Under the pieces are notes generated by a model that was given only the letters and a program-made list of their open reading frames with translations, was not told where the DNA came from and made no database searches. The translations under genes and the position numbers were made by a program. A stretch of 63,878 nucleotides of DNA, the filler included. It is 9 parts of 9 records of this genome, joined end to end, with 100 filler letters (N's around TTAATTAATTAA, not from the genome) between each part and the next. Parts side by side here need not be neighbours in the genome. Positions count along the whole stretch, not along the records: positions 14,224 to 22,556 come from SRR31147125_80799; positions 22,657 to 28,140 come from SRR31147125_80851; positions 28,241 to 37,968 come from SRR31147125_81237; 6 more parts are not named here. The stretch is one strand, 5' to 3'. Position 1 is the stretch's first letter. Each line of letters begins with the position of its first letter. Shown piece after piece: positions 21,095-30,962 of this stretch.

Positions 21095-22039
21095 ATGATG
21101 GATCATAGGAAAATAGCATTCATTTTTCCCGGACAAGGCTCACAGTCCGTGGGTATGGGAAAAGACCTTTACGAAAATTCAACAATAGCCAAAGAACTTT
21201 ATAACAAAGCCGATGAAGTATTGGGGTTTAAAATATCTTCATTGTGTTTTGAAGGTCCGGAAGATCAGTTAAAGCTGACCGAGAATACGCAACCGGCTAT
21301 TCTGACGACAAGTATTGCATTATTGAAGATGCTACAAGAAAAACTTGATATTGAACCGGCTTATGTTGCCGGTCACAGTTTGGGTGAATACTCGGCTTTG
21401 GTCGCTGCAGGTTCACTATCATTTGAAGATGCAGTGCTTTCGGTGAACAAACGCGGACAATTCATGCAGTCTGCTGTTCCTGTCGGAGTCGGCACTATGG
21501 CTGCCATAGTTAGAACGACTGAAGATCTTGTTCAGGAGCTCTGTGATCAGGTCAGTAAAGAAGATCATATTGTTGTTAATGCGAATATTAATTGTCCAGG
21601 CCAATATGTGATCTCCGGTCATACGGCTGCCGTTAAAGACGTTATGGCTCTTGCAAAAGAAAAACGTGCCATGGGAATTCCTCTGGCAGTCAGTGCACCA
21701 TTCCATTCACCTTTGATGCAGAAAGCAGCCGACGATCTTGAGAGCTGGTTGAATAATATACAATTCAGTGATCTGAATATACCCTTGATCAATAACGCCG
21801 ATGTGGATACCTTGACGTCCGGTGCTGATGCCAGATCTTCTTTGATACGCCAGATGCAGGCTTCCGTCAAATGGGAAGCATCCATGCGAAAACTAATTGA
21901 TCTGGGTGTTGAAACTTTTATTGAGATCGGACCGGGCAAAGTCTTGACCGGAATGTTGAAAAGGATAGATAGGGGAGTGAAGGGGTTAAATGTGTTTGAT
22001 CTGGAGAGTTTGGATCAGACGATTGAAGTATTGAAGTAA
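21095..22039 (+). CDS. fabD: Malonyl-CoA:ACP transacylase
   Basis: FPGQGSQ, TENTQPAI, AGHSLGEYSAL, VSAPFHS, EIGPGKVL. Confidence 0.97.
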   Translation: MMDHRKIAFIFPGQGSQSVGMGKDLYENSTIAKELYNKADEVLGFKISSLCFEGPEDQLKLTENTQPAILTTSIALLKMLQEKLDIEPAYVAGHSLGEYSALVAAGSLSFEDAVLSVNKRGQFMQSAVPVGVGTMAAIVRTTEDLVQELCDQVSKEDHIVVNANINCPGQYVISGHTAAVKDVMALAKEKRAMGIPLAVSAPFHSPLMQKAADDLESWLNNIQFSDLNIPLINNADVDTLTSGADARSSLIRQMQASVKWEASMRKLIDLGVETFIEIGPGKVLTGMLKRIDRGVKGLNVFDLESLDQTIEVLK

Positions 22040-22049
22040 TTCTCGGATT

Positions 22050-22079
22050 TGTAAAGACGCAATATCTTGCGTCTTTACA
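22050..22079. repeat. REP-like palindrome
   Basis: TGTAAAGACGCAA-TATC-TTGCGTCTTTACA, a perfect 13-bp stem with no U-tract. Confidence 0.7.
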
Positions 22080-22114
22080 GATACAAGATAATAGTTTATA
22101 ATAGGGAGAATAAA

Positions 22115-22495
22115 TTGCTCGAAACAGGTATAGATATCATCGAAGTCTCCCGTATCGCGAAAGCGATCGAAACCCCGAGTTTTATTGCTAAATATTTTCA
22201 TCCGACAGAGATCGAGTATTCCGGCAAGAATATTAATGCGGCTGAGCATTATGCTGCGCGTTTTGCAGCCAAGGAAGCAGTACGGAAGATACTATTATCA
22301 TATGTGGAAAAATTGAGTTGGCTGGACTCCTGGATTGAGAATGATAGATCTGGGAAACCGCATTTGAAATTTTCTCATAATGTAGAAAAACAAGTTCGGA
22401 TTGCACATAGTTCAGTAAGTCTGAGCCATACAAAAAATACAGCTATTGCGTCGGTGATTTTGGATATTAAAATTATATCTATCCCAAATAAATAA
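22115..22495 (+). CDS. acpS: Holo-ACP synthase
   Basis: GIDIIEVSRI, AARFAAKEAV, SGKP, VSLSHT; TTG start after a GGGAG RBS. Confidence 0.92.
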   Translation: MLETGIDIIEVSRIAKAIETPSFIAKYFHPTEIEYSGKNINAAEHYAARFAAKEAVRKILLSYVEKLSWLDSWIENDRSGKPHLKFSHNVEKQVRIAHSSVSLSHTKNTAIASVILDIKIISIPNK

Positions 22496-22507
22496 AATTA
22501 ATCCGTA

Positions 22508-22556
22508 TTGACCCCGCATGGGGTCAAAGAATAGTATCCCCGGGTGAAACCCGGGG
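22508..22556. repeat. Double-hairpin REP-like element at the contig end
   Basis: TTGACCCC-GCAT-GGGGTCAA and CCCCGGG-TGAAA-CCCGGGG. Confidence 0.7.
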
Positions 22557-22656
22557 NNNNNNNNNNNNNNNNNNNNNNNNNNNNNNNNNNNNNNNNNNNN
22601 TTAATTAATTAANNNNNNNNNNNNNNNNNNNNNNNNNNNNNNNNNNNNNNNNNNNN

Positions 22657-23826
22657 AAAAAACGGAGACGAGGCTGTTTTTAAATACACCAAGAAGTTTG
22701 ACGGTTTTGATTTAAATGAGCAAAACATAAAAGTAACTGATGATGAAATAAAAAAAGCGTACGATTTGGTTGATGATGATCTTATAGCTATAATAAAAAA
22801 AGTGCTCAAAACATTGAAGATTTTCATAAAAAACAGGTAAGAAAAACTTGGTTGGACGAGCAAGATGGAAAAAGCCTTGGACAACTATTTAACCCTATAG
22901 AAATGTGTGGCGTTTATGTGCCTGGTGGAAAAGCAGTTTATCCTTCAAGTGTACTTATGAACGTTATTCCGGCTAAGGTTGCAGGAGTTGAAAGAATAGT
23001 TATGACGACTCCGCCAAATAGCGAAGGTGAAATTAGTCCGCTTATTTTGGTTGCTGCAGATATTGCAGGAGCAAGCGAGATCTATAAAGTTGGTGGGGCA
23101 CAAGCCATAGCAGCACTAGCATACGGAACAAAGAGTATAAAGCCAGTGTATAAGATAACAGGCCCTGGTAACGTCTTTGTTGCAACAGCTAAAAAACAGG
23201 TATTTGGAAAAGTTGGTATAGATATGATAGCTGGGCCATCGGAAGTTTTGGTTATTGATGATGGAACTTGCGATCAGGCTTACATTGCGGCAGATATGCT
23301 ATCTCAAGCAGAACATGACGAGCTTGCATCTTGTATTGCTGTTTGTTTATCAAAAGATAGAGCAAATGAACTAAAGGCCGAAGTTTTAAAACAAGTTGAG
23401 CTTTTACCAAAGGCAGAGATTGCAAAAGCGTCGCTTAAAAACTATGGTATGATTTTTGTAGCAGATGATATAGGTAGTGCAATTAGCTTTGCTAACGAAG
23501 TTGCACCAGAGCATCTTGAGCTTTGTATAAAAGATGCAAAAAATTATTTGGATGATATTAAAAACGCGGGAGCTGTCTTCTTGGGTGAATTTTCGCCAGA
23601 ACCGTTAGGCGATTATTTTGCAGGACCAAACCATGTTTTGCCAACTAACGGGACTGCTAAGTTTTCTTCTCCGCTAAATGTAGATGATTTTACTAAAAAA
23701 TCCAGCATAATATGCTATGATAGAAAAAATTTAGAGAATGCTTATAAAGATATATTTAAATTTGCTGAATATGAGGGGCTACAGGCTCACAGCAATAGTG
23801 TTAAGATTAGATTTGAAGACATATAG
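22657..23826 (+). CDS. hisD: Histidinol dehydrogenase (5' truncated; frameshift at the A-run 22795-22801)
   Basis: GVYVPGGKAVYPSSVLMN, GGAQAIAALAYG, DMIAGPSE, SQAEHD, APEHLEL, GDYFAGPNHVLPT. Confidence 0.97.
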
Positions 23827-23991
23827 TCAGACTGACCAAAAAAGGGCACAACCGTAAAACTATCGCTTTATAAAGCAGTTGTTTTACTTGCTTTGTCAAA
23901 AACCATATTGCAAACCAGTTACGTACATCTAGTACGCGCCTGCCTTGCGACATAGATTTTTCCTCGCCTTGTACCTTTTTTGGCAGTTTGA
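23827..23991. mobile_element. Putative MITE (~165 bp) with imperfect terminal inverted repeats
   Basis: Left end TCAGACTGACCAAAAAAGGGCACAA; reverse complement of the right end TCAAACTGCCAAAAAAGGTACAA; internal CGTAC-atcta-GTACG hairpin. Confidence 0.6.
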
Positions 23992-24084
23992 AAGCTTGGG
24001 AGTTTTGAGGGCGGAAGATAATGTATTTGGTGTTTATGAGAGATGGTAATTATTTTATAAATTTAGAAAGGAACAAAACTTTTT

Positions 24085-24668
24085 ATGATATTGGAAAAGA
24101 AAAGAACAACAAAAGAAACCGATATAGACGTAAAGTTAAGACTTTATGGAAGTGGAAAATACTCAATTAAAACAGGGTTGCCATTTTTTGACCATATGCT
24201 AGATCTTTTTGCAAAGCATTCTTTGATAGATTTAGATTTAACATGCGATGGAGATATTGAAGTTGATAGTCATCATACTATTGAAGATGTCGGTATTGTT
24301 CTTGGTAGCATGGTTAAAGAAGCTATGGGAGATTGTAAAGGCATAAGAAGATACGCAAGCATGATGCTGCCTATGGATGAAACTATGGCAAGGGTTGCTT
24401 TGGATGTTTCTGGTAGACCGTATCTTTTATATAATGTTCCTGTGCCGGCTGGTAAGATGGAAAATGGAATAGAAGCACAAGTTTTTGAAGAGTTTTTAGA
24501 GCATTTGTTATGTCAAGCTCTATGACGCTTCATATGGAAGTGTTGTATGGACAAAACACGCATCATATGTTAGAGGCTTGCTTTAAAGGCTTTGCTAGAT
24601 GTTTAAGATACGCATTGGAAAAAGACCCGAGAGAAATGGGTGTGCCTTCATCTAAAGGAGTTATATAA
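24085..24668 (+). CDS. hisB: Imidazoleglycerol-phosphate dehydratase (frameshift at the T5 run 24493-24497)
   Basis: [27 protein letters not shown]. The shifted frame continues [11 protein letters not shown]...PSSKGVI. Confidence 0.95.
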
Positions 24669-25265
24669 ATGGTTACTATTATAGATTATGGTATGGGCAA
24701 CTTACGCAGTGTACAAAAAGCGATTGAGTTTTTAGGATATAGCGCAAAGATTTCTGAGGATCCAAAGGAAATAGGCAATGCTGAAAAGTTAATACTCCCT
24801 GGAGTAGGTGCTTTTGGTGATGCTATGAAAAACCTTGGGGATAAAGGATTGGTAAGCCCAATAAAGGAAGCAGTAAAAAAAGGAACTCCATTTTTAGGTA
24901 TATGCCTTGGAATGCAGCTTATTTTTGAAAAAAGCTATGAGCATGGTGAATTTGAAGGTTTGTCTCTTATAAAGGGTGAGGTTGTACCCTTTAAGCATAC
25001 TAATCTAAAAGTTCCGCACATGGGATGGAATAATCTTTTGGCAAGAAGTAATGAATTATTTGACGAATCAGAAGATAAATATGTATATTTTGTCCATTCG
25101 TTTTATGCAAGTAATGTTGATGATAAAAACATAATAGCAAAATGTAATTATGGACACGATTTTGTTGCCGCAGTTAAAGATAATAACGTATATGGTTTGC
25201 AGTTTCACCCAGAAAAAAGCGGAGATGTTGGGATTGATATGTTAAAAAGATTTTGTGAGCAATAA
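24669..25265 (+). CDS. hisH: Imidazole glycerol phosphate synthase glutaminase subunit
   Basis: IIDYGMGNLRSV, LPGVGAF, GICLGMQ, QFHPEKSG. Confidence 0.97.
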   Translation: MVTIIDYGMGNLRSVQKAIEFLGYSAKISEDPKEIGNAEKLILPGVGAFGDAMKNLGDKGLVSPIKEAVKKGTPFLGICLGMQLIFEKSYEHGEFEGLSLIKGEVVPFKHTNLKVPHMGWNNLLARSNELFDESEDKYVYFVHSFYASNVDDKNIIAKCNYGHDFVAAVKDNNVYGLQFHPEKSGDVGIDMLKRFCEQ

Positions 25266-25372
25266 AAAAATTTGTGTAGAGTACTCTTCCCAATAAAATC
25301 TAGTATAGTGATGATCTATATATTAAATACAGGTGGAGAAAAGATATTTTTGATGATATAAGGAGAAAGATT

Positions 25373-26080
25373 ATGGTAATATATCCTGCAGTGGATATAA
25401 AGAACGGAAAATGTGTAAGACTTTCTAAGGGTGATATGGATACTGCGATTAAGTATGGTGAACCTTTTGAGATGGCTATGAAATGGGAGAAGATGGGCGC
25501 AAAGTATCTTCATATTGTCGATTTAGATTCTGCTTTTACTGGCGGTTTTAAAAACATGGACGCTGTATCTAAGATTTTGGAAAATGTGAGTATTCCAGTT
25601 CAGCTTGGAGGTGGAATACGGAGCATGAAAGATATAGATGATAGATTAGAAACACTAAATATAGATAGAGTTATTATAGGGACTGCGGCTGTTAAAAACC
25701 CAGAACTTGTAAAAGAAGCGGTTAAAAAATACCCTGGCAGAATTGTTGTTGGTATAGATGCTAAAAACGGAAAAGCCGCAATTGAGGGCTGGGATGGTGA
25801 AACTTCTGTTGATGCAACTGCTCTTGCTCTAAAAATGAAAGAGCTTGGCGTTGAAACTATTATTTACACAGATATATCTAAAGATGGAATGCTTTGCGGA
25901 CCAAACTTACAGGCTACAAAGGATATGGTTGAAAAAACAGGCATGGAGATAATTGGGTCTGGTGGAATGAGCTGTGATGATGATGTAGATGCCATCAAAA
26001 AAACGGGTGCTGCTGGCGTTATTATTGGAAAAGCTCTTTATGCAGGAAAGATCGATTTAGTAAAAGCAATGAACAACTAA
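25373..26080 (+). CDS. hisA: ProFAR isomerase
   Basis: IYPAVDIKNGKCVRL, LHIVDLD, QLGGGIRS, YTDISKDGML. Confidence 0.97.
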   Translation: MVIYPAVDIKNGKCVRLSKGDMDTAIKYGEPFEMAMKWEKMGAKYLHIVDLDSAFTGGFKNMDAVSKILENVSIPVQLGGGIRSMKDIDDRLETLNIDRVIIGTAAVKNPELVKEAVKKYPGRIVVGIDAKNGKAAIEGWDGETSVDATALALKMKELGVETIIYTDISKDGMLCGPNLQATKDMVEKTGMEIIGSGGMSCDDDVDAIKKTGAAGVIIGKALYAGKIDLVKAMNN

Positions 26081-26207
26081 GTTAGGCTTTATCCTGTATA
26101 CAGAATAATAGCATTTAATCATGAATCAAGGGTCTTTAGAATACGGATAGTTTAAACTAATTTATATTTGATACCCTAAGAGTAGTAAAAGAAACGGAGA
26201 TTTGAAA

Positions 26208-26966
26208 ATGCATACAAAAAGAGTGATACCCTGTTTGGATGTTCATGCAGGTAGGGTTGTTAAAGGCATTAACTTTGTAAATATAAAAGACGCTGGTGAC
26301 CCGGTTGAAACGGCGATAGCTTATAATAAAGCAGGTGCTGATGAGCTTGTGTTTTTGGATATAACAGCTTCTTCGGACAAAAGAAACATAATGCTAGAGG
26401 TTGTGGAAAAAACAGCGGAGCAGGTGTTTATACCGCTTACAGTCGGCGGTGGCATTCGATCTGTAGATGATTTTAGGACAATCTTAAAAGCAGGTGCTGA
26501 TAAAATATCTATAAACTCATCTGCGCTTAAAAATCCTAAGCTGATAACGGATGCTGCGCTTAAGTTTGGGAGCCAATGTGTTGTTGTGGCTGTTGATGCA
26601 AAGCGTAATGATGCTGGAAGCTGGGATGTTTATCTTAATGGTGGAAGAGTTAACACAGGAAAAGATGCCATTGAATGGATAAAAGAGGCGCACGAGCTTG
26701 GATGCGGGGAAATATTGCTTACGTCTATGGACTGCGACGGTACAAAAGCTGGGTATGATATTGAGCTTACAAAAGCGGCTACTGATGCTGTTAATATCCC
26801 TGTTATAGCTTCTGGCGGGGCAGGAACGCTGGATCACTTTGTAGATGTTGTGAAAAAAGCTGATGCGGATGCTGTACTGGCGGCTTCGCTGTTTCATTAT
26901 GGAGAGCTGGAGATAGACGAAGTAAAAAAACATATGCAACAAAACGATATACCAGTTAGAAGATAA
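26208..26966 (+). CDS. hisF: Imidazole glycerol phosphate synthase cyclase subunit
   Basis: [45 protein letters not shown]. Confidence 0.98.
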   Translation: MHTKRVIPCLDVHAGRVVKGINFVNIKDAGDPVETAIAYNKAGADELVFLDITASSDKRNIMLEVVEKTAEQVFIPLTVGGGIRSVDDFRTILKAGADKISINSSALKNPKLITDAALKFGSQCVVVAVDAKRNDAGSWDVYLNGGRVNTGKDAIEWIKEAHELGCGEILLTSMDCDGTKAGYDIELTKAATDAVNIPVIASGGAGTLDHFVDVVKKADADAVLAASLFHYGELEIDEVKKHMQQNDIPVRR

Positions 26967-26992
26967 ATTAAGAAAAGATGAAAGGAAAAAAG

Positions 26993-27616
26993 ATGGAGTA
27001 TAATACTTTAGTAGAAAAAATAAAATTTGATGATAAGGGGCTTGTTCCTTGTATAACGCAAGATGCAAACACAAACGCGGTTTTGATGCTAGCTTATATG
27101 AATAAAGAATCATTAAAGCTAACATTAGAAGAGGGATATGTAACGTATTTTAGCAGGAGCAGACAAGAACTTTGGAAAAAAGGTGCTAATTCTGGCAATT
27201 TACAAAAGCTCATTACTTTAAAATATGATTGTGATGCAGATACACTACTTGCGATAGTTGAGCAAACGGGTGTTGCTTGCCATACTGGCGAGTATTCATG
27301 TTTTCATAACACAGCGTATGGAAAAGACTATGAGGGTGGATATCAAATTATAGATCAACTTTTTACTGTTATTGAAGATAGAAAGAACAACCCAAAGGAA
27401 GGGTCTTATACAAACTATTTGTTTGACAAAGGCGTAGATAAGATACTAAAAAAAGTGGGCGAAGAATGTGCGGAAACTATTATTGCGGCTAAAAACAATT
27501 CGTTTGATGAACTTCAATATGAAGCATCTGATCTTTTATATCATCTATTTGTTCTGCTTTCAAACCAAGGAATGAAGCCTGCGGATATATTTAGTGAGCT
27601 TGCTAAAAGGAGATAA
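26993..27616 (+). CDS. hisIE: Bifunctional PR-AMP cyclohydrolase / PR-ATP pyrophosphatase
   Basis: [44 protein letters not shown]. Confidence 0.96.
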   Translation: MEYNTLVEKIKFDDKGLVPCITQDANTNAVLMLAYMNKESLKLTLEEGYVTYFSRSRQELWKKGANSGNLQKLITLKYDCDADTLLAIVEQTGVACHTGEYSCFHNTAYGKDYEGGYQIIDQLFTVIEDRKNNPKEGSYTNYLFDKGVDKILKKVGEECAETIIAAKNNSFDELQYEASDLLYHLFVLLSNQGMKPADIFSELAKRR

Positions 27617-27672
27617 TTTTTAGTACAGTTTTTGTTTTTTGTATATTTAGAGTGAAAGGAATAGAGATTATT

Positions 27673-28020
27673 ATGGATAAAGTTAGTGTTGCATGCGAGC
27701 TTAAAAGCATCAATGAACATTGGAAACCAAAGGTTATAGGGCAGCTTAACGACCATATGGTAAAGGCGGCTAAAATAAAAGGTGAGTTTTTATGGCATAA
27801 GCATGATAATGAGGATGAGATGTTTTATGTGGTGGATGGAAGCCTAACTATTAAATATCGCGATAGGGATGTTGAAGTTAACAGCAATGAATTTATTATA
27901 ATTCCAAAAGGTGTAGACCATATGCCAGTATGCGAAAAAGAAGTGCATATTTTACTGATAGAGCCAAAGGAAACGCTTAATACTGGCGATGTTGTTAATG
28001 AGAGGACTGTATACCTATAA
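27673..28020 (+). CDS. Cupin domain protein
   Basis: HWKPKVIGQLND, GEFLWHKHDNEDEMFYV, IPKGVDHMP, TLNTGD. Confidence 0.85.
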   Translation: MDKVSVACELKSINEHWKPKVIGQLNDHMVKAAKIKGEFLWHKHDNEDEMFYVVDGSLTIKYRDRDVEVNSNEFIIIPKGVDHMPVCEKEVHILLIEPKETLNTGDVVNERTVYL

Positions 28021-28057
28021 TATAATAATATTGATTTAAAAAAATAAGCATTAGCTA

Positions 28058-28086
28058 TTGACAATTTAGCTATTGTATATTAGAAT
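28058..28086 (+). promoter_or_regulatory. Sigma70/SigA promoter of the tRNA gene
   Basis: TTGACA-17 nt-TAGAAT just upstream of the tRNA. Confidence 0.8.
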
Positions 28087-28111
28087 AAATAACGCTGAAT
28101 TGAGTGGATGC

Positions 28112-28140
28112 GGGAGCATAGCTCAGCTGGGAGAGCACTT
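28112..28140 (+). tRNA. tRNA 5' fragment, probably tRNA-Val; truncated before the anticodon
   Basis: GGGAGCA-TA-GCTC-AGCTGGGA-GAGC-ACTT gives the acceptor 5' strand and D-arm. The isotype is inferred from resemblance only. Confidence 0.8.
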
Positions 28141-28240
28141 NNNNNNNNNNNNNNNNNNNNNNNNNNNNNNNNNNNNNNNNNNNNTTAATTAATTAANNNN
28201 NNNNNNNNNNNNNNNNNNNNNNNNNNNNNNNNNNNNNNNN

Positions 28241-28357
28241 AAAAAGAAGGCTTGCGCATAGAAGAAATAAATTTTTGACCTTCCCGGGTAAAAGAACATA
28301 TCCCAGCAGCACGGTAGGCAAAAATAAAAAAAGAAAGGTAATGGAACTAAAAACCAT
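28241..28357 (-). CDS. MBOAT (AlgI/DltB-type) O-acyltransferase, N-terminal fragment (not in the ORF track)
   Basis: The minus strand reads MVFSSITFLFLFLPTVLLGYVLLPGKVKNLFLLCASLLF, a typical AlgI-family N-terminus. Confidence 0.8.
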
Positions 28358-28404
28358 GGATAGCCGAATTCCTCACATGTGGCATCTGCCTGAAAGGGGC
28401 AAGA

Positions 28405-30918
28405 TCATTTTTTCAAAGCCAACCGCTCACTCCACCCCTGATGAAACGGGTAGGATATCAACCAGTGATAAATGGTATGGCTAAACCTCTTATGCTTTTT
28501 AAGGTCCAGATAATTGATTCCCCATGCCGTCATTTTCCACAACGGTGTCAACAACTTCCCTTTGATCCCCGGAGAGGCATACTCCGGAAGATGTCTATTA
28601 TGTCGAAGCTCCGGATGAATCTTAAGCATGGTCTCCACAGCAAAGCCGACTTTTCTTTGCCTCTTTAAAAATGAAAGCATATCAGTGGGGTGATGGTGGA
28701 CAGCCTTTGCTTCGGGCGTGTAGACAATCCGTAAGCCTTCTTTGCAAAGTCTATAACCGAGATCGATATCCTCCCAGCCATACTCTTGAAATGATAGATC
28801 AAACGGCGTCTTCCCCAAAATTGATCGCTTCATTGAAATATGTGAGGTGTAAAAACAGGTAAAAGGGACGTCATCGCCCGAACGCATCAACTCGTAACCA
28901 AATTGGGCCCCATGTCCATTGATAAACTCCAAAAATGGAGAGACATTCATTTTTGCCCGATCCCAATCCGTGAATCCCAAAATGGCAATATCGTTATCAA
29001 GGGGGTTCAGTTGAGCGTGTTTACGCATATGGGTTTCAAGGCAATCCGGTGCCGGGATGATGTCATCGCCAATAAACATGACAACATCTCCTGTAGCAAA
29101 TTGCAGCCCGTGATTTCTGGCCTGACCTTGTTTTTGATTCTTTTGGGTTAAAATAATGAGCTCAAATCTCCCCACATCATGATGGTCGGTTTTCCAATTT
29201 TCCAACGCGTCAAGCGTTCCATCGGTTGAGCCGTCATCGACGACAATGACCTGAAAATGGGGGAGGGTCTGTTTTTTCAATGCCTCCAGGCACTCGATCA
29301 GTACTGTTTTTCGATTATAAGTCGGTATAATGAGGGTCAGGGATAAATTGCTCAATTCGATCCCCTTGGCTACGTTGGCCGTGCCTCCAATTTCCGTAGA
29401 TACCCCACACGCATCTTCCGTTAAGCTATCAGCTTCTTCAGTATCATCTCGGATATTATGCAACGCATCCCTTGTCCCACGAAACGCAATCCTCTCAACG
29501 GCACACCCCAAAATCCGTTTATCCCCATTATTGAATACCAAATGGGGAGACCAGGTTGACGATTGAATGGCCACGGCCAACACCCCGGTTTCATCAGCCT
29601 CCACTTCCAGTTCCAGCGCGTTCCACCCGGAGTGATGGGCAAACTGAAAGCGCTCAACTTTATTTCCACAGGCAATTTCAACCCATGAACCGGCAGTAGC
29701 GTCCATGGATTGCCCCGGCAGAAACAGTTGCAATTCGAGTCTACCGGCGGCATGAGAGGCCACTTTCAAACAGCACTCGGCATCACCGGTAGTCCAACGA
29801 ACGCGCCGTCCGTCCAACGCCTCCACAAAGTACCATCCCGGACCCAATCTTGATGCCGATGATACCTCATCGGCCATTGATAAACGCGATGACCGAATGG
29901 CAAATTGTTGGATTTCCGATTTTGAAAACTTGTGCATCAACGGCATCATAGCCGGAGAATTGGTATCTGAAATCAATCCTCTTTCAAATAACACCTCATC
30001 GGACGGGACTCTATTTTTTTGAATTTTCACTCGTTCCATAAGGGTACCCGGAAGTCTCACCAAATTCCACCAAATGACATGCCGCATTTCATCCCACGCT
30101 TTTCTCTCTTTCCATACGTGAAAATGTTCACGCAATACAGCCACTGCGTTTTTCTTTCGATAGCATTTGATGAGGGTTCGAACGTTATGCCTCATGCCCA
30201 GACGATTTCGCCAACTGTTTCCATATACCTTTGAGGTGGTTCCACCAAACTGATGATAAACGATGGAATCCGGGCACACATGCACCTCTCCACCGGATAG
30301 CCAGATTCGCCATCCAAAGTCCACATCTTCATGGTACATGAAAAATGATTTATCAAACCCTCCCAACGCCTCAAATTTTTCTTTTGACATGAGCATGGCT
30401 GCCGCTGTGGGAAAAAACACCGGAACCGTGGGATGATCATGTAACTGCTTTACGGTATTGTGCCTATAGGACAGTCCGAAAAAATGATCAAACCCATAAC
30501 CTAGCCGGGACATCCCCCCTCCCATGGCATTGAGTATCTCCGGATGCTCCAGAAGCATTAATCGGGAACATGCCGCAGTGATACGGGGATTCCCATCCAT
30601 GGCCGTCACCATGGTGATGAGCCAGTCGGGATCCACTTGGGTATCATTATTCAAAAACGCTATCTTTTCTCCATTCGCCGAAGCAACCCCCAATTCATTG
30701 GCCCGACCAAATCCAAGATTTTTTTGTGCATCGATGGTCCGAACCTTTGGATAATTCCCACTCAGCCATTCAAGACTCTCATCAGCCGAACCGTTATCCA
30801 CCACGATGATTTCAAAAGAGACGGTTTCGGTTTTTATGAGTGAAGGCAAGCACTGTTTCAAATACCTTAATCCATTATAATTGACTATAATTACAGAGAC
30901 ATCGATACTGCCGCTCAT
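28405..30918 (-). CDS. Two-domain GT2 glycosyltransferase with a central beta-rich domain
   Basis: VSVIIVNYNG...VVDNGS...FLNNDT...YHEDVDFGWR; second domain IIPTYNR...VVDDGSTD...GWEDIDLGYRL. Confidence 0.9.
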   Translation of the reverse strand: MSGSIDVSVIIVNYNGLRYLKQCLPSLIKTETVSFEIIVVDNGSADESLEWLSGNYPKVRTIDAQKNLGFGRANELGVASANGEKIAFLNNDTQVDPDWLITMVTAMDGNPRITAACSRLMLLEHPEILNAMGGGMSRLGYGFDHFFGLSYRHNTVKQLHDHPTVPVFFPTAAAMLMSKEKFEALGGFDKSFFMYHEDVDFGWRIWLSGGEVHVCPDSIVYHQFGGTTSKVYGNSWRNRLGMRHNVRTLIKCYRKKNAVAVLREHFHVWKERKAWDEMRHVIWWNLVRLPGTLMERVKIQKNRVPSDEVLFERGLISDTNSPAMMPLMHKFSKSEIQQFAIRSSRLSMADEVSSASRLGPGWYFVEALDGRRVRWTTGDAECCLKVASHAAGRLELQLFLPGQSMDATAGSWVEIACGNKVERFQFAHHSGWNALELEVEADETGVLAVAIQSSTWSPHLVFNNGDKRILGCAVERIAFRGTRDALHNIRDDTEEADSLTEDACGVSTEIGGTANVAKGIELSNLSLTLIIPTYNRKTVLIECLEALKKQTLPHFQVIVVDDGSTDGTLDALENWKTDHHDVGRFELIILTQKNQKQGQARNHGLQFATGDVVMFIGDDIIPAPDCLETHMRKHAQLNPLDNDIAILGFTDWDRAKMNVSPFLEFINGHGAQFGYELMRSGDDVPFTCFYTSHISMKRSILGKTPFDLSFQEYGWEDIDLGYRLCKEGLRIVYTPEAKAVHHHPTDMLSFLKRQRKVGFAVETMLKIHPELRHNRHLPEYASPGIKGKLLTPLWKMTAWGINYLDLKKHKRFSHTIYHWLISYPFHQGWSERLALKK

Positions 30919-30962
30919 TCAACTCTCCCCAATTCCATCGCTTTTTTTATTGATCACCATTA

